Positions 48,459 to 57,569 of a DNA stretch of 64,000 nt are shown here, piece by piece. The stretch lies in NCBI GenBank assembly GCA_963713615.1, contig CAVQMM010000001.1:1632001-1696000 (forward strand), written 5' to 3'. Positions within the stretch are counted from its first letter, which is position 1. Every line of letters starts with the position of its first letter. The position numbers were made by a program, and so were the translations under genes. Below the pieces are notes generated by a model that saw only the letters and a program-made list of their open reading frames with translations, had not been told where the DNA came from and made no database searches. Source of the stretch: an uncultured Chlamydiae bacterium. GTDB lineage: Bacteria > Chlamydiota > Chlamydiia > Chlamydiales > JAJFMA01.

Positions 48459-49040
48459 ATGACCCTAACCATGGAGATACTAATGGATTTCAAAAGGAAG
48501 CGTTCTGAGTGGGCTCGACGCATAGACCAATGGATGGCGAGCGGTCAGAGTGGCCGCAGGTGGTGCCTAGAGAACAATATAAGCTACCAGCAGCTCTTGT
48601 ACTGGTACCAACGCTTTAAAGTTAGCCCGCCCGACCACATTTCCTCGACGGGTTGGATAGACATTACCCTGCCCGAGCTCAAGCTTTCGCTTGATCAGAA
48701 GAGCGTCTATCTAACCCTAAAGTCTGCGAGCAAAACTCTGAGGTCGTCATATCAGAAAAACAAGGGTGTCTTTCTCTATCAAGAGCCGATCGATATGCGA
48801 AAGGGATTTGAGTGCTTGAGCAATCTTGTTGACAGTTCGTTCTCGGGCGAATTTACCTGCGGGGCCTACTTCGTTTTTTTAAATCGTCGTAGAAATCTAG
48901 TGAAGGTCTTTTACTGGGATGGTAATGGTCATGCCGTCTGGTACAAGCGACTTGAAAAAGGAAGTTTTCGCAATGGAAGCATTCCAGATTCCGCTATCGA
49001 TCGTCGAGAATTTCTAATGTTGTTGGAGAGTAGTCATTGA
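48459..49040 (+). CDS. IS66 accessory protein, TnpA-TnpB fusion
   Basis: Translation identical to 47612-48193. Confidence 0.85.
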   Translation: MTLTMEILMDFKRKRSEWARRIDQWMASGQSGRRWCLENNISYQQLLYWYQRFKVSPPDHISSTGWIDITLPELKLSLDQKSVYLTLKSASKTLRSSYQKNKGVFLYQEPIDMRKGFECLSNLVDSSFSGEFTCGAYFVFLNRRRNLVKVFYWDGNGHAVWYKRLEKGSFRNGSIPDSAIDRREFLMLLESSH

Positions 49041-49122
49041 GCCTAAAATCCTAAAAACAATGTGCATTTTATTAGATAAAATACTTGATAATAGAGGGGG
49101 TCTGTGATATGATTTAGAGCAT

Positions 49123-50667
49123 ATGGAAACCTCAACACTATCACTAGAACAGCTTCAATCGGAAATTTATTCCCTGCGAAATGAGAATAGCTTTCTCAAG
49201 GAGCAGCTTGAATGGTTTAGGCGTCAGATTTTTGGGAAACGTTCGGAAAAAGTAGTCGACGATGGCGGTCAACAACTCTACCTGGAAGGTTTCGAAAATC
49301 TTGGTTCCGAAGAGCAAAAAGAGACAATAAATGTGCCTGCTCATCGACGGGTTAAGCAGGGGCGCAATGGCAAAGATAAAATTACGCTTCCAGACAATAT
49401 TCCCGTTCAACGCTGTATTTTAGATTTGCCAGAGGATCAAAAAGTTTGCCCTACAACGGGTGAAGCCCTCGTCAAAATTGGCGAAGAAGTCACTCACAAA
49501 ATAGCGCATACGCCAGGTAGCTACTACGTCAAGGAGCTAGTACGTCCCAAGTATGCATGTAGAGCACATAGTGAAGAGGGCGTTTTTATCGCAGATTTAC
49601 CAGATAGCATTTTTCCTCGCTGTCAAGCCGATGAGAGTCTTTTAGCCAGTGTGATCGTGAAAAAATTCGCCGATCACCTTCCTTTATTTCGTCAATCGGA
49701 AATCTTAGCTCGCGAGGGCATTCTCATCAGCCGACAAATACTTTGCAAGTGGGTAATGCGCTGTGGATATGCCTTAAAGGCGCTATATGAAGAAATGATT
49801 GCTCGCGTGCTCAGCAGCAACAATGTTTTTGTGGACGAATCTCCTGTGGACATGCTTGTCCCTGGTAAGGGAAAGGTGCACCAGGCTTTTATGTGGGTGA
49901 TCGTTGGAGGGCAGGAAAAAAATCCGCCTTATCGAGTCTATCATTTTCGCACGGACCGCTGCCACAAGCATGCTGTGGAAATACTAGCTGGATATAAAGG
50001 TGTTGTCCATTCGGATAAATATGGAGCCTATGAAGCACTGGCTAATAAGAAGCAATTCACTTGGTGTCCATGCTGGAGTCACATTCGGCGCAAGTTTTTC
50101 GACGCTGTAGGTGGCGATAAAAAATTTGTTAGCTGGGTACTGCGCAAGATAAAATATCTATTTATGTTAGAGAGAGTTGCTTGGGAACGTTCTCCAGAGG
50201 AACGTCTGCGGATAAGACAAGAGAAAGAAGCTCCAATAATAGATGAGCTGACTGCACGCATCAAGGACCGGCTGGTTAATGGCAAGGCTCTTCCCAAATC
50301 GAATCTAAGGGAGGCTCTAGGCTATTATTGCAGCTTAATTCCCCATCTGAAAAACTACACCCAACATGCATTTGCGCGTCTCGACAACAATGTAGCGGAG
50401 CGAGCGATACGCCCTCTAGCTATTGGCCGCAAGAACTGGATGTTTATTGGAAGCGAGGAGGGTGGGGAAGCTTCCGCCGTACTGCTAAGCCTGGTACAGA
50501 CCTGCCGCGCGATAGGAGTCAACCCCCACGAATACCTAGAGGATGTGATGAGGCGCCTGCCAGCCCATAATTCTCAAAAACTTCACGAGCTTCTGCCCGA
50601 CGCTTGGGCTGCCGCCAGGCGACAAGCAAAGGCCTCATCCACCTCATCAGCCCCCACTGCCGAATAA
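49123..50667 (+). CDS. tnpC: IS66 DDE transposase TnpC
   Basis: Translation identical to 45985-47529. Confidence 0.96.
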   Translation: METSTLSLEQLQSEIYSLRNENSFLKEQLEWFRRQIFGKRSEKVVDDGGQQLYLEGFENLGSEEQKETINVPAHRRVKQGRNGKDKITLPDNIPVQRCILDLPEDQKVCPTTGEALVKIGEEVTHKIAHTPGSYYVKELVRPKYACRAHSEEGVFIADLPDSIFPRCQADESLLASVIVKKFADHLPLFRQSEILAREGILISRQILCKWVMRCGYALKALYEEMIARVLSSNNVFVDESPVDMLVPGKGKVHQAFMWVIVGGQEKNPPYRVYHFRTDRCHKHAVEILAGYKGVVHSDKYGAYEALANKKQFTWCPCWSHIRRKFFDAVGGDKKFVSWVLRKIKYLFMLERVAWERSPEERLRIRQEKEAPIIDELTARIKDRLVNGKALPKSNLREALGYYCSLIPHLKNYTQHAFARLDNNVAERAIRPLAIGRKNWMFIGSEEGGEASAVLLSLVQTCRAIGVNPHEYLEDVMRRLPAHNSQKLHELLPDAWAAARRQAKASSTSSAPTAE

Positions 50668-51188
50668 ATCGCCAGATGGCCTCAATTGACGCTTACGTCG
50701 CAAGCGACCGCACTCCAAAGCGCTGCGCGCCGAGATACGATTGTTAGGCTTAGGTTGAGGCCTATGTGGCATCGCCATGGTATATGCCAGGAAGGGATTT
50801 CGCAGTCTGAAGGACTGCTACAAGACGCCAGTTTACAAACACCATTTATGCATGCGCTTTATGGCAGCCCTACAGGCTGCTAAAACCGTTTTGGCATATA
50901 CCATGGCGATGCCATGGCCTGTTGCAATATCGACCCTTCGGGCCTGGGAAGGGAATGACTCTCTCTTCACCGGCATCCGATTTTCAGGAAATTGACTTCG
51001 GAAAATCGGACTTCTGCAATTACCTCTAAAGGACTTAGGAAGCACACTCTACAAGTCCTTTATGTCTTTTATGTCCCTTTGGTCCTTTAGTCCATCCGTG
51101 ACCCTGCGCCTTTGCGTTAAAAAGAGCTACACGAACCGCTCACCAATATGGTATCAATGAATAAACATAGATACCTCCTGGAGTCGCT

Positions 51189-51602
51189 ATGGGAAAGACC
51201 GCAACATCCCTTCCAATATTGATCCGAGAAACCTTCTTAGATTCCTTTGGCCATGTCAACCACGCCAAGTATCTAACTCTCTTTGAAGATGCGCGCTGGG
51301 ACCTCATCACCAACAGTGGCTATGGTCTAAAAAAAATTCTTGAAACCGGCATCGGACCAACTGTTCTGGGAATCAATGTAAACTTCATGCGCGAACTTCG
51401 TGTAAGAGATGAAGTGATCATCGTCTCACACCTGATCTCCTACGAAAAGAAGATCGGTAAACTAGAGCAAAAGATGCTCCGTGGCGACGAAGTCTGTTGT
51501 ACTGCAGAAGTAACCTTTGGCCTCTTTAGCCTTAAAGAGCGCAAACTCGTCTTGCCTACTCCCGAATGGAAACAAGCTTTTCATCTTGAGGAATCATCAT
51601 GA
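51189..51602 (+). CDS. Acyl-CoA thioesterase (4HBT/YbgC-like)
   Basis: LDSFGHVNHAKYLTLFEDAR hot-dog motif. Confidence 0.9.
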   Translation: MGKTATSLPILIRETFLDSFGHVNHAKYLTLFEDARWDLITNSGYGLKKILETGIGPTVLGINVNFMRELRVRDEVIIVSHLISYEKKIGKLEQKMLRGDEVCCTAEVTFGLFSLKERKLVLPTPEWKQAFHLEESS

Positions 51603-51631
51603 ACGCCATCGTTGTCACCAAAGCATAATTG

Positions 51632-51791
51632 GGCCTTATTCACCTTTGCGGTCAGTTTTCGGTCGACTGCAAAAGGATCGTCTGTCGCGTTTTGCTCCTC
51701 GGACATAGCTGGCGCTATGCCCTCGTCACAAACCACGACATCCGACCTTTTTCGTCCGACCGAAATTCTGACCGAAAAGGTGAACAAGGCC
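51632..51791. mobile_element. 160-bp MITE, copy 3
   Basis: Near-identical to 29291-29450; flanks CATAATTG and CATAATTC (7/8 match). Confidence 0.9.
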
Positions 51792-51799
51792 CATAATTC

Positions 51800-51842
51800 C
51801 GCCCTTAGTGCTGCCAGAAAATTTCAAATGACAATGCTGGCC
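51800..51842 (-). pseudogene. Short remnant of the glgP 3' end
   Basis: 51800-51826 matches 55018-55044 (26/27); 51825-51842 matches 55313-55330 (18/18). Confidence 0.7.
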
Positions 51843-51991
51843 GTTTTGAGGCTTCTATTTGTATTCACAGCAAATTTTTTAATTTTATTGAACATACTAA
51901 CATATTAATAAAAACATGATTCACTTTATTTATATAATTTGCTAGAATGTTAATTTAATAGCTCATAATCGCATAAAAATAAAGGTGGCAG

Positions 51992-54955
51992 ATGGATAAT
52001 ATAGTAAACAATATACAAGAGAATCCAATCAATTATAGTAACATCGATAATCATCAACGGTGGTGTGTAGACTCTCACGGGACAATTCGCACGGAAGAGA
52101 AAAAGGGCTTTTTTGGACGAATTTTTAGTTTCTTTCGCAGCGAATCTACCAAGCTTGACAAGGTATTTGCCGCTATGTTGGATGACATCGATGCGATAGA
52201 TGATCCTAGCAAAACAAACTGCCAAGATTTGTTATATCTCTGTAACCTCGTAGAAGAACGCTATTCCAAAGCTGCCCGTGCGGGTGTTATTGTAGCTGGT
52301 CATGGAGATGCTGAGGCAAATAAAGAAGCTATTCTCAATGCCAGCTATCAAAAACTGGGTGGTGTGATTTTTGGTGACCCAAACTGGAAAGCTAATGAAG
52401 AGATTTCGGAAGACGAACGAGCTGTCTTGGCATCTATTTACAGTTTCCTTAACAGTACCGGAATGAATAGAGCGGATATAGAAGAATTTACACAAACCAT
52501 TGTTCAACAATTTCCAGATCTACAGGATGAGAACACCTCCGCAAACATGTATATGCGTATGGCGGAATTAGGTTTTCCCGCAGCCCAAGTTATCGCATAC
52601 TCTATCGAACAAGATGCAGCTTTGCGTATTGGGCTCCTTAACGCCGCTAGTGACTCGGGTTGCCTCCTAGCAACCAGGATTCTGGAAAACCAGCTGCGTG
52701 ACATGGATGACGCTGATAATTATCCTCTCATTCACCAATTGACTGAAAAACTTGCGGACCACGATCTCAACGCCCGCTTCCGTTTAGCCTTCGATCATTT
52801 GACAGGCTGCGGAACTGAAATAGATATCGATAGAGCCTTAGAAATTGCAGAGGGGAATGATCGTGAAGATTTCGAGAGAATTCAAAACATCTGCCAGTCC
52901 TTAAAGCAAGCGCCGCAAGAGGTTACTAGACAGACTATTAGAACGCTCTTGAGCGACTTAACAGCATTGATTCCAAGCGCAAATGGTCGTCGACGCCTCC
53001 TAGAACAGCTTGTCAATAACTATCCTTTGGTACACCTCGTCAACGCTCTGTCGCAGGACATTGATTTAGAAGTTTACGAAGATTTAATAGCCCAAGGCTT
53101 TGAAATTGCAAGAGAAGGTTTAGCAGATAAATATCTACAACTGGCACGCTATGAAGAAGCCTTTGTCACTCTATGGGAACTAGCCGAAAATGATGCCCAA
53201 GCGATGTATTCTCTTGTCGAAACATTTGGGCCTCTAGGCCACCAAATACTCAACACACAGGTCAGTCTCGAACTGTTGAGAAAGTTCGACGATAGACCTC
53301 TAAGTGATGAGCTAGCAGCGAACTTTAACCGCCTATATGTGGACATTGAAGCACAAACTAGAGTCATCGCGCTAGCGAATCGCCTTGATAGAATAAAAGA
53401 CAATCCCGATATCGCCCCTCTCTACGTAGCCGAATTTCATAATTACGATACCTTTATGACTGAGCACGAGTTTAGCGATGACATGAAAGCTGAAGTCAAA
53501 GTGGCCTTTATGTACCAGTATGGGATCGGTGGAGTCTCTGAGAATATTCCATTAGCTCGCCTGGGCTATAAACATCTGGCCCGGAGCATTTATGAGCAAG
53601 CCCATCAATTCATGAGAGAGGGTGAGTATGATAAAGCCCTTCGTTTCATGGAAAGAGCCGCAAAGCTCGGAAATATCGAAGCGTGCTATCAGGCTGTACG
53701 CATGAGACAACTAAACCTAACAGGCGACCACAATCCCAAAACAATTTTAGACCTGATCCATCACTCAATGATAGACCAAACTCAAGTTCCTGGTAAGTTG
53801 CGTTTCTGCGAAGCAGATACTCTGTATTTCGACTACAAGGACATGGGAAACAGCATCGATGCATACATTGAGGCTGCAACCCTAGAAGAGCCCATGGCGT
53901 TAAAAGTCCTGCATGAGCTTGTAGATGCTAAAGTCATAGCAGAAAAGGACATCCCATTCGAAACTGAGCGGTTGCTTGAGCAAGCTAGGATAAAAACCAG
54001 ACAAAATCTAACAGTAGCCGCCTCAACGGCACGCAGTGACTATCTCAGTCCCGGCGATGCGCTGACTATGCTGGAATCGGTTGTAACGTGCATTGAGATA
54101 TCCGAGGAGCTGAAAAGCTATGCCCAAAACCTTCTTGATCAAGAGGATGTTGCGGTCTATTTGAATGACGTCCTTCCTTTCGGTGAATCCGTTCTTCTAG
54201 CTAACTTGGCCACACTCATGGCAGCTGCTAGCGTGACTGAGGCAACTGAGGGAATGGCGTTAGAAAGAGTGGCCAAATATCTCTTTAATATGGATCGTCC
54301 TACTGAAGAGGAAATAGAGATCGCCAGAAGCCTTCGTGATTGGGCAGTGAAAAACAAGGAATTTTTCCAAGCTGGCGATCTAATGCGCAAGCGAGAATTC
54401 GCCGAGGCTCAGCATTTATACGCTGCGTTAGCTGCTGGCGGTGATCACCGTGGCTGGTATCCAGCTGCAAGGCTACTAGAGCTCGGTTTTCTAGGAGATG
54501 AAGCCTCCGGAGCTGCTGTCGCATACTATAATGAAGACTTGTCCAATGTTAATAGTCAATACGCCCTTGCATTGTATCTACAAAAGACTGGTCAGCCTGG
54601 ATATGAGGACATCTATCGCTCTCTGTATGAAGATGGCTATGGTCCGGCGGATATTCAGCTGGCTTTGATGGCAGAGCAAGAACTTCTATTTGGCTTAGAT
54701 CTAGGCTATATTGATGAGTCTGTTGAAAATCAACGCTCCAAAATTGGTTCGTTGTTAGAATATGATATCGCACTCGCTCAGCGCGGAGAGACGACAATTC
54801 TACGCATCGCCAACCTCTTGAGCTATCTCAATGCACTCGATGAGAACCTGGTTGTCGCCACAGGCGAAGCATGGAACAGCATCTTGAACGGTTCAGATGA
54901 CTTTGAACAAATCCTGATAGACGTCCTAATGACCTATGAGGAAGAGGAACAATAA
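51992..54955 (+). CDS. Large acidic SEL1/TPR-repeat protein, probable effector
   Basis: SEL1-like segments ARFRLAFDHLTGCGTEID, AFMYQYGIGGV and ERAAKLGNIEACY; N-terminal GFFGRIFSFF. Confidence 0.75.
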   Translation: MDNIVNNIQENPINYSNIDNHQRWCVDSHGTIRTEEKKGFFGRIFSFFRSESTKLDKVFAAMLDDIDAIDDPSKTNCQDLLYLCNLVEERYSKAARAGVIVAGHGDAEANKEAILNASYQKLGGVIFGDPNWKANEEISEDERAVLASIYSFLNSTGMNRADIEEFTQTIVQQFPDLQDENTSANMYMRMAELGFPAAQVIAYSIEQDAALRIGLLNAASDSGCLLATRILENQLRDMDDADNYPLIHQLTEKLADHDLNARFRLAFDHLTGCGTEIDIDRALEIAEGNDREDFERIQNICQSLKQAPQEVTRQTIRTLLSDLTALIPSANGRRRLLEQLVNNYPLVHLVNALSQDIDLEVYEDLIAQGFEIAREGLADKYLQLARYEEAFVTLWELAENDAQAMYSLVETFGPLGHQILNTQVSLELLRKFDDRPLSDELAANFNRLYVDIEAQTRVIALANRLDRIKDNPDIAPLYVAEFHNYDTFMTEHEFSDDMKAEVKVAFMYQYGIGGVSENIPLARLGYKHLARSIYEQAHQFMREGEYDKALRFMERAAKLGNIEACYQAVRMRQLNLTGDHNPKTILDLIHHSMIDQTQVPGKLRFCEADTLYFDYKDMGNSIDAYIEAATLEEPMALKVLHELVDAKVIAEKDIPFETERLLEQARIKTRQNLTVAASTARSDYLSPGDALTMLESVVTCIEISEELKSYAQNLLDQEDVAVYLNDVLPFGESVLLANLATLMAAASVTEATEGMALERVAKYLFNMDRPTEEEIEIARSLRDWAVKNKEFFQAGDLMRKREFAEAQHLYAALAAGGDHRGWYPAARLLELGFLGDEASGAAVAYYNEDLSNVNSQYALALYLQKTGQPGYEDIYRSLYEDGYGPADIQLALMAEQELLFGLDLGYIDESVENQRSKIGSLLEYDIALAQRGETTILRIANLLSYLNALDENLVVATGEAWNSILNGSDDFEQILIDVLMTYEEEEQ

Positions 54956-54960
54956 ATAAA

Positions 54961-55000
54961 TGAACATGGTAGACGAACGTCGTCTACCATGTTTATTTTT
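54961..55000. terminator. Bidirectional terminator
   Basis: aacatggtagacg-aacgt-cgtctaccatgtt with A-rich and T-rich flanks, between convergent genes. Confidence 0.8.
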
Positions 55001-55022
55001 ATTCCTGAACCCTTTCACGCCC

Positions 55023-57560
55023 TTAGTGCTGCCAGAGAATTTCAGCAGCTTCTAAGGGAACTTCTATCCCGGGAAAACGCGCCACAACACGTGGTGTATA
55101 GTCTGTAGGAGGACGTTGTCCGTCAACAACGACACGATAGATGCCTATCTTCGAATTTCCAGCATCTCGCTTCATCTCCTTGTGTATAGGCTCCGCACCA
55201 TCCTTGCCATCGGCATAAAGTTCTACCGTGACGAACTTTCCATCTAGCCCGTTGAGGTGCAGCTGCACTTCAAATGCATGCCTATTCTCCGAAGAATCGA
55301 CCTTAACCTCGCCAAATGACAATGCTGGCCATTGGCTATTTAGGTCTTTCTGCCAAGCGATAACCTGGTCCCCCCATGTTCCTTTATTGGCAGTACGTTC
55401 CTTAAAGGCCGCGGCTCCTGGCAAATAGTATTTCTCCGTGTATTCGCGCACAGAGCGATTCGCAGAATACTGCGGTGTAAGCCGAGCCATACTCTCGCGC
55501 ATACGCGTAAGCCATGCCCTGGGGATGCCTTTGGAATCGCGATTGTAAAATTCCGGTACCACTTCATGTTCAAGCAGCTCGTAGAGCTTCAAGGCATCGA
55601 TATCGTCCCAGTGAGGGTCTTCACCATGCTCTTGACCATCCCCGATAGCCCACCCCACTTCAGAACAATAGGCTTCGGCCCACCATCCATCCAATTCAGA
55701 AATATTCAGTCCACCATTGGCTAGCACCTTCATGCCGCTAGTACCACAGGCTTCCCAAGGACGCCTCGGGGTATTGAGCCATACATCCACACCCTGTACA
55801 AGCTCTTGAGTAAGCATCATGTCATAGTCGCTAAGAAATATGATATGCGCTCGTGCTTCAGGCCTTTGTAAGAAATCCATCCACTGCTTAATGAGTGCCT
55901 GTCCGGGGCCATCAGCAGGATGGGCCTTGCCGGCAAGGATTAGCTGAACGGGACGCTCAGAATTGCAAAGAATGCGCAAGAGACGCTCTGGATCATGAAG
56001 CAGAAGATTAGGACGTTTATAGGTTGCAAATCTTCGAGCAAAACCGAGAGTTAGAGTATTGGGATCAAATATATGCCTCGCATGTTCGATTTCAGCCTTC
56101 GGAGCGGCCCTTACAGCTAGCTGACGCGCAAGGCGCCGGCGTGAAAAGTCCACCAGTTTAGCACGAGATTCGTTACGCATCTTCCAAAGGCGTTCATCAG
56201 GCACCGTACGAATGTTCTTTTCCAAAACATCGGTATTGCCCAACCAGCGCGACTTCCCACAAGCATTAGCCCACAGACTATCAGCAGAGGCGGAGTTCCA
56301 AGTGGGTACATGAATGCCATTGGTGACGTAACCAACAGGAACTTCATTCTCAGGCCAATTAGGGAATATAGGTTGAAAGATGCGGCGACTGACCGCAGCG
56401 TGGAGACGGCTAACACCATTGATGGCATGGCTTCCACGAACAGCTAGATAGGCCATGTTGAAAGGCTCGTTATCGTCCTTCGGATTTTGACGACCTAAAG
56501 CCATAAGTTCCTTAGGTGTAATGCCTAACTTATTCCTGGCATACGTTTCAAGGTATTGTTCTATCAGGGCTGGTGAAAAGCGATCGAACCCTGCAGGTAC
56601 GGCAGTATGAGTTGTAAACAGGTTACCAGCCCTAGTGGCGGCTAGAGCAGCTTCGAAGTGCAGGCCAGTATTTCTCATAAAGCTTCTGGCACGCTCTAGC
56701 ACTGCAAAGGCCGCATGACCCTCATTAAGATGGCAAACATCAGGCTTAATACCTAGGGCCTCTAGCATACGCCATCCGCCAATACCCAAGACCAGTTCCT
56801 GCCTTAGGCGCTGCTCAGGACCACCTCCATAAAGTTCGCTAGTGATCCCTCGGTGAGCCGGAAAATTGGCGGCGTCATTGCTATCTAAAAGGTAAAGCTT
56901 AACTCTTCCTATCTGCACCTGCCACGTCCGTAGCCATACCGAGTAGCCTGGAAACATGGTCTCAATACGTAACCACTCTCCGTTTGGGGACCTCACGGGT
57001 AAAATGGGCAACTGACCAGGGTCATTGAAAGGATATAGCGCCTCTTGCATCCCATATTGATCAATAACCTGCCGAAAATATCCTTTTTGGTATAGCAACC
57101 CTACGCCAATAACAGGGATGCCAAGGTCGCTGGCAGCCTTGAGCTGGTCACCCGCAACGTTACCCAGGCCTCCTGAATAGATCGGCAAGGCCTCGCTTAA
57201 CATATACTCCATGCTGAAATAAGCTACGCAGCCTAATGGAGATTTATCATGAGTTTTCTGAAACCATAGTGGGCATTCGGCCTCAGCGCGCTTCTCTTCA
57301 ACGAGATGCTCGACGTTCTTTCTAAAGTCTGGGTCCGCTAAAGCTCTGCGTAGCTTTGTCGGAGAGACCGTTTTGATCATCACCCAGGGGTTCTTAGTGA
57401 GATCCCACAGTTCCGGATCCAGAGCCTTCCAAACGTCGTCGGCACAGTGGTTCCACGACCAGCGGAGGTCCAGGGCAAGCTCTATAAGAGGCTCTATACC
57501 TTCAACATCTATGGGCACAAAGTTCTGAAGTAGGCCACGCAGGGATTCTTGTTTTACCAT
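55023..57560 (-). CDS. glgP: Alpha-glucan (glycogen) phosphorylase
   Basis: YSGGLG, HLNEGH, ARRFATYKR and EACGTSGMK (PLP lysine) motifs. Confidence 0.96.
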   Translation of the reverse strand: MVKQESLRGLLQNFVPIDVEGIEPLIELALDLRWSWNHCADDVWKALDPELWDLTKNPWVMIKTVSPTKLRRALADPDFRKNVEHLVEEKRAEAECPLWFQKTHDKSPLGCVAYFSMEYMLSEALPIYSGGLGNVAGDQLKAASDLGIPVIGVGLLYQKGYFRQVIDQYGMQEALYPFNDPGQLPILPVRSPNGEWLRIETMFPGYSVWLRTWQVQIGRVKLYLLDSNDAANFPAHRGITSELYGGGPEQRLRQELVLGIGGWRMLEALGIKPDVCHLNEGHAAFAVLERARSFMRNTGLHFEAALAATRAGNLFTTHTAVPAGFDRFSPALIEQYLETYARNKLGITPKELMALGRQNPKDDNEPFNMAYLAVRGSHAINGVSRLHAAVSRRIFQPIFPNWPENEVPVGYVTNGIHVPTWNSASADSLWANACGKSRWLGNTDVLEKNIRTVPDERLWKMRNESRAKLVDFSRRRLARQLAVRAAPKAEIEHARHIFDPNTLTLGFARRFATYKRPNLLLHDPERLLRILCNSERPVQLILAGKAHPADGPGQALIKQWMDFLQRPEARAHIIFLSDYDMMLTQELVQGVDVWLNTPRRPWEACGTSGMKVLANGGLNISELDGWWAEAYCSEVGWAIGDGQEHGEDPHWDDIDALKLYELLEHEVVPEFYNRDSKGIPRAWLTRMRESMARLTPQYSANRSVREYTEKYYLPGAAAFKERTANKGTWGDQVIAWQKDLNSQWPALSFGEVKVDSSENRHAFEVQLHLNGLDGKFVTVELYADGKDGAEPIHKEMKRDAGNSKIGIYRVVVDGQRPPTDYTPRVVARFPGIEVPLEAAEILWQH

Positions 57561-57569
57561 AGAAACTCC

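Larger units (their letters stand above)
48402..50696 (+). mobile_element. IS66-family element, copy B (2295 bp, inverted)
   Basis: Same TIRs; TSD GTCGCAAG at 48394-48401 and 50697-50704. Confidence 0.97.
45852..50766. mobile_element. CAT-ended MITE, interrupted copy
   Basis: TIR cataggcctcaacctaa; 11-bp TSD TGGCATCGCCA at 45841-45851 and 50767-50777. Confidence 0.9.
45671..51026. mobile_element. 432-bp MITE, interrupted copy (outer shell of the nested stack)
   Basis: 45671-45851 plus 50767-51026 equals the reverse complement of 17121-17552; flanked by TAAA. Confidence 0.88.
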
